Shown here piece by piece: positions 13,744 to 25,187 of a DNA stretch of 64,000 nucleotides. The DNA comes from a virus. Its lineage: Duplodnaviria; Caudoviricetes. Within the stretch, counting starts at the first letter, position 1, and each line of letters starts with the position of its first letter. The notes under the pieces were generated by a model, which ran no database searches, was not told the origin of the DNA, and saw only the letters and a program-made list of their open reading frames with translations. Made by a program: the position numbers and the translations under genes. The stretch lies in IMG/VR virus record IMGVR_UViG_3300019742_000001; one strand, 5' to 3'.

Positions 13744-13973
13744 TACGTTCCTCCATTCAATGAAAGGTCAATGACCTGTAATACAGTTATATTTATATTT
13801 TCATAGTCATCAAGAACAACTACTTTTTTAATTTTTACAGTTGGTATCGGTTGTTGTACCCTAACTATTGATACTCCACCACCACTACCACCACCACTTG
13901 AATAATCTGGTACTGGTATTTCAACAGTTATCTGTCTATTACGTTTACCCATCCATTTAGGATATACACTCAT
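13743..13973 (-). CDS. hypothetical protein
   Basis: Coupled ORF with a Gly-rich linker. Confidence 0.6.
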   Translation of the reverse strand: MSVYPKWMGKRNRQITVEIPVPDYSSGGGSGGGVSIVRVQQPIPTVKIKKVVVLDDYENINITVLQVIDLSLNGGT

Positions 13974-13983
13974 TTAATACTCC

Positions 13984-14718
13984 TTATGATGGATATGGTT
14001 TAATATATGTTACTTGTCGGTTGTCAGCATTCTCTCCTGTAACAACAATCGTATACAATAAAGTTACTCCATCATCATCAAATACTTGTATCGTATCAAG
14101 AGCACTTACACCTGTACCAACGGTTGATATTCCAACTTTGTTAGTTTGCATCGCCCTACCACGTCTCGCCTCTTCATAAGCAAGATTCAAGGTGGTTTCT
14201 TGTGATGATGTCAGACCTTGTGCTGGAACTTCTACTTCAACGTATACAGGAACTTCTACAACAACTTCTTTTGTCTGAACAACTGTACTAACCAACAATG
14301 AAGTTTGGGAACTTATAGACTTCAGTCCGTCTGGATCAAATCCATAAGGATCTTTTGGATTGTCATTAAGATCATATGCATACAGATTACCTATAATGTT
14401 TGTAGTAGTCGTAGCGTCTCGTTGTCGTATAATCCAGTCATTTAAAAGAAAATATGTATCACCTAATTTCTCTGTATCAGAAATTGGTCTTCCACCCTCA
14501 GTACCAAATGCTTGTAAATACTTAGAATTATCATATAATGATATCCATTCCTTCCAATCACTATACAATTGTTGTTTAACATCAACTTCTGACACATCAG
14601 AAAGAATCCAAATGGTTTTTGATGGTCCGTCAAACATTACAACATGATCAAGGGTAACAGGATCATTATTAAACTTATCCCAATATTCCCACTGTCCTGC
14701 CCATCCACCTTGCAACAT
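13984..14718 (-). CDS. putative virion structural protein
   Basis: LYSDWKEW motif; late operon. Confidence 0.65.
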   Translation of the reverse strand: MLQGGWAGQWEYWDKFNNDPVTLDHVVMFDGPSKTIWILSDVSEVDVKQQLYSDWKEWISLYDNSKYLQAFGTEGGRPISDTEKLGDTYFLLNDWIIRQRDATTTTNIIGNLYAYDLNDNPKDPYGFDPDGLKSISSQTSLLVSTVVQTKEVVVEVPVYVEVEVPAQGLTSSQETTLNLAYEEARRGRAMQTNKVGISTVGTGVSALDTIQVFDDDGVTLLYTIVVTGENADNRQVTYIKPYPS

Positions 14719-16325
14719 TATCTAATCTCTTTCCAATTGAAGGCAACCACTACTTCAATTGGTACTGTATTGTAAAGTTTTGCCCTCAAAGTATAGTGGT
14801 CTGGTTCCAACTCAATATCAGATTTTCTTATAATAATTTCTGTCAACATACTAAAAAAATCGGACAAACTGATGTGTTCATCACCTGTTACTATCCATGA
14901 CATAACAACCTTACCGTCAATTGAACCAGATGCACTAGCAACTTCTAATGCTGATTGAGGATATGATACTCCATTGTCCCACATTGGTGTATCTAATGTA
15001 TCATTTTTAACTAATTCTAGTAACCAAGGATTACCTGTGCTTGTTAATTCAGAAAGAGTAACCATAGTTGGTATGACAACTGACCTATTATCGGTGAGTG
15101 GTGACCCATACTGTTTTCTGGACCTAAAAGATGCTATATGAACCCAATCAACATCATCATCCACAGTTACAGGTTCATCGATGGAACCACCGTAAAGTTT
15201 CTCTGGTGGAGCAAACTTTCCTTCACATGCAACTTTTGCAGCAATACCATACAGGAATGCTGGGTTACCCAACGCACCTACATTTTCCTGTTCCATTGTA
15301 AAAGGAAGTGTACCTGTTCTCATGTATGGATTTGCAAGGTATCCCGCATGATTAAATTCGTGACAAACAATAGGAATACCGTCAATAACAAAACTGAATC
15401 TAACACGACCAGCACCTAACCACTGAAAGTCAATAATCATTATCTGTGACATACCCGGAACTAGTGATTTACCACTAACATTATTAGCATCATCTGATCC
15501 ATCTAGTCTATCTATATTCCATTCGGACTGAGGAACACAAACCTCTTCTATTGATCCATTACATGACGAACGGACACACACACTAATGACACCATCTGTC
15601 ATTTTGTAGTATAATCCATCACTGTCATCAAAAATACCCATTCTTCGAACAACATTAATATAATCACCGCCAGAAAATGCAGAAAACATTACTGTGGTCG
15701 CAACACCTGTTTGGTATTTGTGATAAAGGTTAGTTCTTCTCATACTTCTAGCGCCATTTGTAGTAGGATTTTCCATTACTACAAGATGTCTTGTTTCATC
15801 CCACGAAACTGTAGCACCAAGTTCTTCTGTTTCTGTAAATTCGTCAGACATAGAATTGTGAACGGGTTGATACTCACGAATAGTTGTAGTTTCCGATGTT
15901 TGTAGTTTACCAAACGCATCAAAACTAGGATCACCAGATTCAAAGGTTGTTGTTAACGCACCTCTTACATCAACTGATGCCTTGTTTGTTGGATCATTAC
16001 CACCTGTTATAACAATATCTTGTGTGTATAGTTCGTTGGTGGTACCTGTTGAAGTGGCGAATGTAACACCACCAACTTTCAATGATGTTCCAGACTCCAC
16101 ACTGTTCAGTATAGATTCCATTGAAACAACGATATGAAGATGTCCGCTGAATTGATCACCAGCGACGATTAACACATCACCGTCAAATCCATCATCTGTT
16201 AAGACTTTATCTCCAACACTAAAACTATTACTTCCATTAGTGTAATAAATAGTCACAGTTACAGTCTGTTTGGATTTTTTTCCTGTTCCATCAGGTGGCA
16301 TTTGTATATAATTTAATTCACTCAT
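14718..16325 (-). CDS. putative virion/tail-associated beta-rich protein (DAFGxL family)
   Basis: SFDAFGKLQTS, DFQWLGAGRVRF; TATAAATA at 16363-16370. Confidence 0.7.
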   Translation of the reverse strand: MSELNYIQMPPDGTGKKSKQTVTVTIYYTNGSNSFSVGDKVLTDDGFDGDVLIVAGDQFSGHLHIVVSMESILNSVESGTSLKVGGVTFATSTGTTNELYTQDIVITGGNDPTNKASVDVRGALTTTFESGDPSFDAFGKLQTSETTTIREYQPVHNSMSDEFTETEELGATVSWDETRHLVVMENPTTNGARSMRRTNLYHKYQTGVATTVMFSAFSGGDYINVVRRMGIFDDSDGLYYKMTDGVISVCVRSSCNGSIEEVCVPQSEWNIDRLDGSDDANNVSGKSLVPGMSQIMIIDFQWLGAGRVRFSFVIDGIPIVCHEFNHAGYLANPYMRTGTLPFTMEQENVGALGNPAFLYGIAAKVACEGKFAPPEKLYGGSIDEPVTVDDDVDWVHIASFRSRKQYGSPLTDNRSVVIPTMVTLSELTSTGNPWLLELVKNDTLDTPMWDNGVSYPQSALEVASASGSIDGKVVMSWIVTGDEHISLSDFFSMLTEIIIRKSDIELEPDHYTLRAKLYNTVPIEVVVAFNWKEIR

Positions 16326-16362
16326 CTATATAAAGTTCTCCTTAACTTTCATAACGTACATG

Positions 16363-16396
16363 TATTTATAGGGGGTAGTTGACCTACCCCCTATAA
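16363..16396 (-). promoter_or_regulatory. T4-type late promoter TATAAATA overlapping terminator hairpin TATAGGGGGTAG/CTACCCCCTATA
   Basis: Direct reading. Confidence 0.7.
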
Positions 16397-16417
16397 TACA
16401 ATAATTAAACCATTATG

Positions 16418-18598
16418 TTAAGCTGGGTTAGAGTAATTTCTTTCAAGTGGAGCAACCAAAGATACAGATGCTCCAGTGTTAGTAATTGTTCCTTCCGCTT
16501 GAACATATTGACCAGTGCTTAATCCGATAGCAACAACAACAATATCGGTTTCTGTTGAAGCTACACGACCACCTGTTTCATCACCATCATATGCATATGA
16601 GAACTGATATGATGAACCAGATGCACCATCAGGTACATTATTAGTAACATCAGATCCAACCTCACCAGAAGGTGATTTAATAACTTGAAATGCATTTGTT
16701 GTACCGAAGTCACCCGATGCAACTGATTTGTAATATGCGTAGAATACGGCATCTGAATCAGTAGACAAGTTATTGTTAAAGTTGATTGTAACTGTAACAA
16801 CCAATGGATATGTACGAGCAATACCAGAATAATCATTGAAAACAACATTGTTAGTATCAATTGGTTTCAAATCGTCAATGAAAACACCATCACTTGTCTC
16901 TAGTGTAGCACCAACAAACTCTGATAACAAGTCAGCAACATTACCATTACGACTTGTATCAACATCAATAGTTGTTTCTTGACGTAGTGACCACTGACAG
17001 AAGTCATAAACATTTTCTTTATCACCACCAGATGTGTGAGTATAAGGTGAATCAACTTTCTCATCACCAGAAGTAACAATATTATTAGCGTCAATAATAA
17101 CACTATAAGCATAGAAACCATCTTTTACAAAACGCTCTCCGCCACCTGATGATTTGTCCCAGATTGTCCATGTATTACCAGTATCAGTATTCATATCTGT
17201 GTTGTCTGAATCACCAGTTGTTGAACTAACGTAGTACCAACGAGCACCATCTACATTAGATAGTGAGTTTGTTGCATCATACGCTACATCACCTAATAGA
17301 TATGTTGTACCTGTTGCCCAATCACCTGTAATATTTACAACACCTGTACCTGACTGTGGATTAGGTAGATATGTGATATCAATAACATCATATGGTGATA
17401 CATCGGCAGTACCATCTGTATTTGAATCAATTTGTGTATCAGCAGTTGTTTCAAGGTTAAGGTCTGTTGCATTACTAACAGGGAAACGATACACGATATA
17501 TGTCATAGTAGTAACACCGATATCGGTTAGATTAGAATCAGCATAAACCTTACCACGCTCACGAACATACATTTTGAAATAAGCTGATAAATCAGTAACT
17601 AATGTTGCTGATTGTGATGCCTCAGATGCACCAGTTTCAACGATTGTTATCTCATAAGGACTAACAATACTTGCAACTGTATATGTATCTTCATTTAATG
17701 TTGTTCCTGTTACTGTAATTGAATCTCCAACTTGGAACACGTCTAATCTCGGTCCTGTTGATGTAATACCATTAACACCATCAAATGAAATATCACTTGA
17801 TCCTACAACTTGTGAGTAGATACGTACACCCTCATTAACAGGTCCAGTATACTCTGTATTAGATGTTCCAGCGGTAAATGAACTATCCTGTGCGAAATAT
17901 GGTTGGTCAGTATTATCAACCAAAGTACCCAATGATACAATACCTGATACCCTTTTGTTAACTGTATTATCAGCAAGAACTTCTGACCATCCAGCAGATC
18001 TGATCAATTTACTGGTTGTTGTCTCAAATATACCCTGTGTTACAACATTTGATGTCAATGTTGCAGTAACATCAGCAGTTCCTTCAGCTACTAATGTATC
18101 TGTTGCAACTAATGTGATTACAGTAGACGTTACACTATCAATAGTATAAATACCGTCATTTGATGACGAACCACTTACATTTAATGTATCACCTGATTTA
18201 TAATAATCCGTAAAATCAACTGCACCAGCAGTTGTAATTGTATCTGGGTTACCATCTGCAAAAGTCAAGTCTGTTACTGTAGCCGAAGCACCATCATCTG
18301 GAATCCAAGCATCAATGAATTCAAACTGCTCATTCGTGATTGATAGCATTGGAAAGTCAAATTTAGTGATTGATGCAGTATCTTGCCATCTGTCTTTAAA
18401 AAATGAATATAATGTCTGACCCGTAATACCATCACCAGACGTATCCATATTTCCTGTTCCTTTAAAGTGGAAAGTCTTGTCAACACAGTTAATGTGTATC
18501 TCATCCGTATAATAGTGACCATCCAAATTTCCTGTTCCTGCCGTCCATGATGTGTTAATATCATCTGGATCGACGATTGTGTTTACTATAAAAGCCAT
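16418..18598 (-). CDS. putative virion structural protein with internal repeats
   Basis: T/D/G-rich; repeated GDxLxVSGSxxNDGxYTIxSV units. Confidence 0.7.
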   Translation of the reverse strand: MAFIVNTIVDPDDINTSWTAGTGNLDGHYYTDEIHINCVDKTFHFKGTGNMDTSGDGITGQTLYSFFKDRWQDTASITKFDFPMLSITNEQFEFIDAWIPDDGASATVTDLTFADGNPDTITTAGAVDFTDYYKSGDTLNVSGSSSNDGIYTIDSVTSTVITLVATDTLVAEGTADVTATLTSNVVTQGIFETTTSKLIRSAGWSEVLADNTVNKRVSGIVSLGTLVDNTDQPYFAQDSSFTAGTSNTEYTGPVNEGVRIYSQVVGSSDISFDGVNGITSTGPRLDVFQVGDSITVTGTTLNEDTYTVASIVSPYEITIVETGASEASQSATLVTDLSAYFKMYVRERGKVYADSNLTDIGVTTMTYIVYRFPVSNATDLNLETTADTQIDSNTDGTADVSPYDVIDITYLPNPQSGTGVVNITGDWATGTTYLLGDVAYDATNSLSNVDGARWYYVSSTTGDSDNTDMNTDTGNTWTIWDKSSGGGERFVKDGFYAYSVIIDANNIVTSGDEKVDSPYTHTSGGDKENVYDFCQWSLRQETTIDVDTSRNGNVADLLSEFVGATLETSDGVFIDDLKPIDTNNVVFNDYSGIARTYPLVVTVTINFNNNLSTDSDAVFYAYYKSVASGDFGTTNAFQVIKSPSGEVGSDVTNNVPDGASGSSYQFSYAYDGDETGGRVASTETDIVVVAIGLSTGQYVQAEGTITNTGASVSLVAPLERNYSNPA

Positions 18599-18609
18599 TT
18601 GTTATCCTC

Positions 18610-18810
18610 CTAAATGTTTAACTTTAATTTTAATATCTTTTCTCCGTCTAGTATTGTAAGGTCTTCACCACTTTCAATAAAATGTTCTATTGTCAATGTG
18701 TGTTCACGATTTATAAAAACCTTATCCCCTTGAATTAATTCGTCTTGAATTTGTATAACCGAAGTGTCAGGGAATTCCGCTTCAGAAAAATACACAATTT
18801 TGTAAATCAT
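18610..18810 (-). CDS. hypothetical protein
   Basis: ORF in late operon. Confidence 0.55.
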   Translation of the reverse strand: MIYKIVYFSEAEFPDTSVIQIQDELIQGDKVFINREHTLTIEHFIESGEDLTILDGEKILKLKLNI

Positions 18811-18848
18811 AGTCTCACCTTTTATTTATGTTATTTTACCTTAACTTA

Positions 18849-20432
18849 TTACGGGTTAAGGTAATTTCTATCAATTCTTTGTTGAACCTCTACACGTGAA
18901 TCAGAACTTGTTAATGTGTAATCCTGTCTGATATTCACGTATCCAAGATTAAATACTTTTATTTGAACCTCAACACCTGATAATACTGCCGCATTATATG
19001 AATAAACTAATTTGTAGTACTGTACTCCATTAACCAGAACATCTAATGCGGAAATAGGATCAGCACTAGAAAGAAGAGTTTTGTCATCCTTTCTATAAAC
19101 ATACACATCAGATGCAGACAAAACCCTACCAATTGTTAATGTAGAGGATTGGATAACGTTTACTGTTGCACCAGCAGTTCTAATAGTAGGTGATGTTCCA
19201 CCTGTAAGATAAAGATTAACTATTCCTGTGGTTGCTGTGACATAAATTGCCTCATTACCTGTTGTTCCATTAGTTGCCGCATACCCATCAAAAGACCATT
19301 CCACTAAAGTATAATCACCAGCAACATCAAATCCTTGAACAGCATGTCCTGTACCAGAACTTGTGAAACTACAATATGAAACAACATCATTATTATCAAC
19401 AAGAAGAGCAATTGTTGACGTAGAACTATCAAAATTACAATCGGTAATTGTTGACCCACCCTGTGTTACCAGACCACACCTACGATATGTAGTACCACCA
19501 TCTATAGTGGCGTTATTTTGATAAATGAAAGTATCCATATCAGTAAATGTACATCCAGTTTTAGTGACTGTAGCATTGTCAATCATTTCAAATTGACCCT
19601 TTGATATTAATCCAACCTTTGTAATTAATACACTTGTCCATTCAATATTAGAAGAAGCGTTGTTAACTTCAATTCTATTAAATACACTTGAAACTGTTAA
19701 AGTATCATCAATTGTGATAGAAACGTTGGAATCTCGCATATCAACAGCGGTGGCAGTGGTACCTAAACTCATTAAACCTTTATAAAGATAACCACCAGCA
19801 ACAGCCTGAATTAATCCAAATCTTCCACCAGTTGAGTTATCATTAACAGTTGAATAACCTAAAAATGTAGCATAATCAGATGTTTCACCACCTGTAAATA
19901 TTGATTCACCTCTTCCATAACGAATAATATCAACACTGAATGGATTACCCTTTGATGGTGCCTGAGTAGGTAAATTCCAAGCCATACAAACTGCAGAATA
20001 TGTCCCAGTTGGAGTACCTTGTGTGTCATCAGGAGAACCTATTAACGGATCAACTGCGTAATTTTTCCAACCACCATACGCATAAGTGTCCGAACCACCA
20101 ACATACCAAAGATCAAAGTTTCCTGAACTACTACCGATACCAACTCTGATACCACCACTTGCAATAGTAGCCAGAGAGTTAGGTGCAAGGAATTTACTCC
20201 AAACAAAAAATGCACCGTTAGTAGGGAGGGTAACCGTTGTAGCAGTACTACCAATACTACTTAATCCAGTTTTTGCTCTGTCAGCAGTAATACTTGACGA
20301 ACCATAGATAGCGTAGTCAGTATCAACGTCTGGTGGCGCTGAAGCAGTATATCCAGTAAATTCTAACCAATTGGTAGCTGTTGAAGCGTCATCAAAAGTT
20401 AATAAGTCTGTCGTATATGAAGGTACTGCCAT
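18849..20432 (-). CDS. putative virion structural protein
   Basis: T/S/G-rich, beta-helix-like; C-terminal RNYLNP parallels RNYSNPA of 16418-18598. Confidence 0.7.
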   Translation of the reverse strand: MAVPSYTTDLLTFDDASTATNWLEFTGYTASAPPDVDTDYAIYGSSSITADRAKTGLSSIGSTATTVTLPTNGAFFVWSKFLAPNSLATIASGGIRVGIGSSSGNFDLWYVGGSDTYAYGGWKNYAVDPLIGSPDDTQGTPTGTYSAVCMAWNLPTQAPSKGNPFSVDIIRYGRGESIFTGGETSDYATFLGYSTVNDNSTGGRFGLIQAVAGGYLYKGLMSLGTTATAVDMRDSNVSITIDDTLTVSSVFNRIEVNNASSNIEWTSVLITKVGLISKGQFEMIDNATVTKTGCTFTDMDTFIYQNNATIDGGTTYRRCGLVTQGGSTITDCNFDSSTSTIALLVDNNDVVSYCSFTSSGTGHAVQGFDVAGDYTLVEWSFDGYAATNGTTGNEAIYVTATTGIVNLYLTGGTSPTIRTAGATVNVIQSSTLTIGRVLSASDVYVYRKDDKTLLSSADPISALDVLVNGVQYYKLVYSYNAAVLSGVEVQIKVFNLGYVNIRQDYTLTSSDSRVEVQQRIDRNYLNP

Positions 20433-20435
20433 ATA

Positions 20436-20831
20436 TTACTCCAATATTTCTAACATTCTTTCGTATGTTAGATGTCCCGTATTATATAAATATCCAATAC
20501 CATTTTGTGTATCAGGATCATTAAGATCTACATATTCACTAACAGCAAGATTATCAAGAAAAATGTCAATTACGATATCATCACCACGAGAATTATATAT
20601 AGATGTTAGTTCCGATAATGTGAATCTTTGTCGAAAACATAATTTAGTTACCTCATTTGAAACATATACAGGAACATCAGTAAATGTTCCTAGTTCTCTA
20701 TCATATAGTTTGCCTATCAAAGAATAATCAGCAACATCATACTGGATTCTTTCAGTATGAATCATTTGATACTCTGTCACCATTATATCGGTAACAATAT
20801 CATCAGGGTTCAAACACAAATATATATACAC
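20436..20831 (-). CDS. tail fiber assembly/chaperone-like protein
   Basis: FRQRFTLSEL...VDLNDPDTQNGIGYL...LTYERMLEIL pattern; TATAAATA at 20871-20878. Confidence 0.55.
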   Translation of the reverse strand: MYIYLCLNPDDIVTDIMVTEYQMIHTERIQYDVADYSLIGKLYDRELGTFTDVPVYVSNEVTKLCFRQRFTLSELTSIYNSRGDDIVIDIFLDNLAVSEYVDLNDPDTQNGIGYLYNTGHLTYERMLEILE

Positions 20832-20892
20832 TATTTTCTCCTTATTATAAAAAAATCTATCCCATAAAAGTATTTATACAATTAACCACAAC

Positions 20893-20932
20893 AAAAACCC
20901 CCTTAACCAAAAAAGTTAAGGGGGTTTTTTTT
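20893..20932 (-). terminator. intrinsic terminator
   Basis: AAAAACCCCCTTAAC/GTTAAGGGGGTTTTT. Confidence 0.8.
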
Positions 20933-20951
20933 CTTTTATATATTTAGTTGT

Positions 20952-21806
20952 TTAGATTGTAAATAGATCCTCTCCGTCAAACTCAAAGAAATTCTTAGAT
21001 AACCGTTCCATACGTTTGTATCCTTGAGTGAAGACATTTGAACTACCACCACGACCAGTAACATCATTAGCAGCGATTGAAGCAAGAACGTTATATGCAC
21101 CCCACCGTGTATTACCAACACCACAACGGATCAAGTGACCCTCATAAGAATCAATGATAGCATCTGCCTGTCGTTCAGACAAAAACCCTGTATTACCAAC
21201 AGCGTCGGTCTTGATGTTACTACGAATGAATGACTCAAAAGTTTGTTGGGTCATAACCTCACGACTCCACTGATCAAATAGTGCGGTCATATCCTGAAAT
21301 TTACGAAGTTGAGTAGTAAAATCATCACGAATACGATCAACTAATTCACAATGAACGTGAGAGTAGGTCTTACCGAACATTTTACTCAACAAAGTGGTGT
21401 TATTACGACGACGATAGGCGGAAACTGAGAAACCAACAGCAGATTTTCCATCATAACCATTCCAGATTGAAATCTTGGTTTGAACAACTTCACCACCAAC
21501 AACGATATTGAAATCATCACCGTCAAGAATATAATCTCGTTGCCACTTGTTCTGTTTCCAACTAAGATGGTCATCAATTTCTGTGATAGGTAAATCAGAA
21601 AATGCCTCGGAAAAAACATCCTCAACTTCTTGGTTAGTGATCAACTTATAAATACGACCTACCGTACCAAGTAACTGACCATTTTCACCGTTCAATAATA
21701 CATCACGTTCAACATCAACATCTTCTGTGACACCTTCATCAGTGATAAATTGGGTTGATAATTGGTTACGAAGTACAGGGTAAAATGGATTGATTTGAGT
21801 AGTCAT
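20952..21806 (-). CDS. DUF932-like protein, C-terminal LFxI tag
   Basis: YKLITNQE, ISIWNGYDGKSAV, RWGAYNVL; start at MTTQIN with RBS AGGAG. Confidence 0.7.
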   Translation of the reverse strand: MTTQINPFYPVLRNQLSTQFITDEGVTEDVDVERDVLLNGENGQLLGTVGRIYKLITNQEVEDVFSEAFSDLPITEIDDHLSWKQNKWQRDYILDGDDFNIVVGGEVVQTKISIWNGYDGKSAVGFSVSAYRRRNNTTLLSKMFGKTYSHVHCELVDRIRDDFTTQLRKFQDMTALFDQWSREVMTQQTFESFIRSNIKTDAVGNTGFLSERQADAIIDSYEGHLIRCGVGNTRWGAYNVLASIAANDVTGRGGSSNVFTQGYKRMERLSKNFFEFDGEDLFTI

Positions 21807-21926
21807 ATATAATCTCCTGTTTAGAATGAATTGTTTCGTTCTCGACACAGAAAGATAATAACAAAACTACCCCGTTAAGTCTACTAAAAACTTAACAGGG
21901 TAATGTTTTTGGTATATGTAATGATT

Positions 21927-24149
21927 CTATACAGTTACAAACAAATCATTATCTTTTAGGTCTACCAGAATGGTTTGACCTTCTTCAACAGAACCTTTCA
22001 ACAACATTGTACCAATCTCTGTTTCCAAACGACCTGTTAAGTATCGTTTCAGAGGTCTAGCACCATATACAGGGTCATATGATACCGTTGCGACGTGTTC
22101 TGCAGCTTCATCTGTGATTTCCAGACCAATGTTCCGTTCTGCCAACCGTTTCTTAATGTCATTGAGACAAAGTTTAACGATTTCAGTTGTTTCATTACGA
22201 GTTAAAGGTTTAAAGGTAACAATATCATCAACACGATTCAAGAATTCTGGACGGAATCCCTTTTGTAGTTCTGACATCACCTTATCTTTTGCCGCATCTG
22301 TTACTTGACCATCTTGACCGATACCACTTAACAGGTATTGACTACCAATGTTAGAAGTCATAATGATTACAGTATTCTTGAAACTAACTGTCCGACCGTG
22401 ACCATCTGTGACACGACCATCATCAAGAATTTGAAGGAAAGTATTGAACACATCAGGGTGTGCCTTTTCAATCTCATCAAATAGGATAACTGAAAATGGT
22501 TTACGACGAACTGCCTCTGTTAACTGACCACCATCTTCATAACCAACATAACCGGGAGGTGCTCCTATCAGTCTGGAAACACTATGTTTTTCCCCATATT
22601 CTGACATATCAATACGGATAATGTTGTTCTCGTCATCAAACATTGACTCAGCAAGTGCTTTAGCCAACTCAGTTTTACCGACACCAGTTGGTCCCAAGAA
22701 AATGAATGATCCGATTGGACGGTTTGGATCTTTGATACCAGACCGACTACGAATAACTGCCTGTGATACCAGTGTGACCGCCTCTTCTTGACCAATCAAT
22801 CGTTTGTGAATCTCATCACCAATTTTAAGAATCTTTTCTGACTCACCTTCGGTTAAACGAGTCACTGGAATACCTGTCCAACGACTAACTACTGCAGCGA
22901 TCTCATCTTCATCAATAGCATCGTGTAACATACTACCACCATTGAATTCTAATAGAGTTTTTTCGTGGATATCAAGTTCTGTCTCCATTTTTGGAATGAT
23001 ACCGTATTTCAACTCTCCAGCACGTTCCAATACATTTTTTCGTTCACAAACTTCCAACTCATTCTTGGCGTTTTCAAGTAGTTCACGAAGATTTGCAACA
23101 CCTTTGATTGCGTTCTTTTCGGTGTTCCATTGAGTCATCAGGTCATCACATTCAACACGAAGTTCTACCAACTCACTTGTAATAACATCAACACGGATCT
23201 GTGAATTCTGATCAACCTCTTTTTTCAAAGCAGATTCTTCAATTTCAAGTTGTTGAATTCGTCGTGTAATTGAATCCAATGATGCTGGTAAACTATCAAG
23301 TTCTGTACGAACCATTGAACACGCCTCATCAACCAAATCAATCGCTTTGTCTGGTAAGAATCGGTCAGCAATATAACGATGTGATAACTTTGCCGCAGAT
23401 ACTAATGCTGAATCACGAACAGTAATTCCGTGATAAACCTCGTATGTTTCTTTCAAACCACGAAGAATTGAAATCGTATCCTCTACAGTTGGTTGTTCTA
23501 CCAAAATTGATTGGAAACGACGCTCTAATGCAGAATCTTTCTCAATGTTCTCACGATACTCATCAAGGGTGGTAGCACCAATACAACGAAGAACACCACG
23601 AGCTAATAATGGTTTTAGTTGATTTCCAACATCTACACCATTACTTGCACCCATACCAACCATATTATGGATCTCATCAATAAATAACATGATTTGACCA
23701 TCTTTTGATTGAACATAGTCAAGAATGAACTTCACTCGTTCCTCAAGTTCTCCCTGCATTTTGGTTCCTGCCATCAATGCACCAAGGTCAATTGAATAGA
23801 TAACCTTTTCTTTAAGTGAATCAGGAACGTCACCAGAGACGATTCGTTGTGATAAACCTTCAACAACCGCAGTTTTACCTACTCCCGGTTCTCCAATCAG
23901 AACAGGGTTATTCTTAGTTTTACGACATAAAATTTGAACCATACGTCGAATCTCAGAGTCACGACCAACTACAGGATCAAGTTCTCCTTGTCGTGCTTCT
24001 TCAACAAGATCACGACCATATTTTAATAAATCGTCATTAATCAAACGATCATCAATTTCTTCTTCTTCAACCTGTGGAGTATAATCAGGTCGTTCAACTC
24101 TCATACGAATCGCATCATCGATTGGTGGGGTTGTGTTCCATGCAGTCAT
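21927..24149 (-). CDS. clpB: ClpB AAA+ disaggregase lacking the N-terminal domain
   Basis: [28 protein letters not shown]-domain coiled coil, [29 protein letters not shown]. Confidence 0.93.
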   Translation of the reverse strand: MTAWNTTPPIDDAIRMRVERPDYTPQVEEEEIDDRLINDDLLKYGRDLVEEARQGELDPVVGRDSEIRRMVQILCRKTKNNPVLIGEPGVGKTAVVEGLSQRIVSGDVPDSLKEKVIYSIDLGALMAGTKMQGELEERVKFILDYVQSKDGQIMLFIDEIHNMVGMGASNGVDVGNQLKPLLARGVLRCIGATTLDEYRENIEKDSALERRFQSILVEQPTVEDTISILRGLKETYEVYHGITVRDSALVSAAKLSHRYIADRFLPDKAIDLVDEACSMVRTELDSLPASLDSITRRIQQLEIEESALKKEVDQNSQIRVDVITSELVELRVECDDLMTQWNTEKNAIKGVANLRELLENAKNELEVCERKNVLERAGELKYGIIPKMETELDIHEKTLLEFNGGSMLHDAIDEDEIAAVVSRWTGIPVTRLTEGESEKILKIGDEIHKRLIGQEEAVTLVSQAVIRSRSGIKDPNRPIGSFIFLGPTGVGKTELAKALAESMFDDENNIIRIDMSEYGEKHSVSRLIGAPPGYVGYEDGGQLTEAVRRKPFSVILFDEIEKAHPDVFNTFLQILDDGRVTDGHGRTVSFKNTVIIMTSNIGSQYLLSGIGQDGQVTDAAKDKVMSELQKGFRPEFLNRVDDIVTFKPLTRNETTEIVKLCLNDIKKRLAERNIGLEITDEAAEHVATVSYDPVYGARPLKRYLTGRLETEIGTMLLKGSVEEGQTILVDLKDNDLFVTV

Positions 24150-24223
24150 TTATTTTTCCTTTCAAAGTGTTTGTTGTCAGTGAAGTTATATAATAACAGG
24201 TGGGGTTACAGGAGTCAATGGCT

Positions 24224-24574
24224 TTATGTCATTTGACTTTGAATGTAACCACAAGGAAGGTCATATTTAAATTCCATATAACCATAATCGTAGAAATCAT
24301 CGTCTTCCGCATCAACCAACCACTGAACTGCCGTCTTACGATCTGTTGCACCCATAGAGATAGTTTTATCAACTAAACTCTCAAATAGGGTTACGGATTT
24401 GTTGCGTCGATCTTGAATCCGATTATTCTCAGATTCAAGATCTTCAATCAAACTTTCCCAAATTACTTGTTTACGATCTGGTGTGGCAGTATAGAATTCG
24501 TGACTCCGTGGACGAAAACCATTAACATCTTTGTAAAGATCAGAGAATGTTTGTTCGTCATATGTGTAAGTCAT
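24224..24574 (-). CDS. hypothetical protein
   Basis: ORF with own promoter TTGACT-17-TATACT. Confidence 0.7.
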   Translation of the reverse strand: MTYTYDEQTFSDLYKDVNGFRPRSHEFYTATPDRKQVIWESLIEDLESENNRIQDRRNKSVTLFESLVDKTISMGATDRKTAVQWLVDAEDDDFYDYGYMEFKYDLPCGYIQSQMT

Positions 24575-24657
24575 AATAATTACCTTTCAACAGTGTAATA
24601 AGTTTGTCACCAGAAGAGAATCCAGTATAGACCCATCACCAACCATAGTCAAGATTT

Positions 24658-24963
24658 TTATGTCATTTCAGAATTAATCTCGGTACCGATCTCAAGGAAA
24701 CTCTTTCGCGATAATTGATCTCCATCTAATCGTGATTGAATCATACCACGAAGTTTCCTCAACTCTTTTTTACCAATCCTTTTACTAAATTCGTTTTGTA
24801 CATGACCTAGTGTAACTGGCAACATTTCACCTCGTTTTACACCTGTAGCATCTACATATGACAAATGAATCCATTTTATCATATCACCGACACCAAAATT
24901 CAAATAGGTTTTACTATCAATAACCAACACATCGTTACCTGATATAGACTGTTGCCATTCCAT
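24658..24963 (-). CDS. hypothetical protein
   Basis: ORF with RBS. Confidence 0.6.
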   Translation of the reverse strand: MEWQQSISGNDVLVIDSKTYLNFGVGDMIKWIHLSYVDATGVKRGEMLPVTLGHVQNEFSKRIGKKELRKLRGMIQSRLDGDQLSRKSFLEIGTEINSEMT

Positions 24964-24965
24964 TA

Positions 24966-25175
24966 TTACTCACCTTTCTCCCACTCTTTAAAGTTTTCCC
25001 AAAGTTCTTGGTCAGTCATTTCAACTGGTAACATTAATGTAACTGTTGGCTCCATTTTATGAGTTTTTGATTTACATCCCGTCTTTTTAACATATCCATA
25101 TTTCTCAAAAAACTCAAGATATCTTGGGTTCCTCTTAATCTTTTCTAATACATACCGTTTGTACATCATATTCAT
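24966..25175 (-). CDS. hypothetical protein
   Basis: ORF with RBS GGAG. Confidence 0.55.
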   Translation of the reverse strand: MNMMYKRYVLEKIKRNPRYLEFFEKYGYVKKTGCKSKTHKMEPTVTLMLPVEMTDQELWENFKEWEKGE

Positions 25176-25187
25176 ATTTTACTCCGT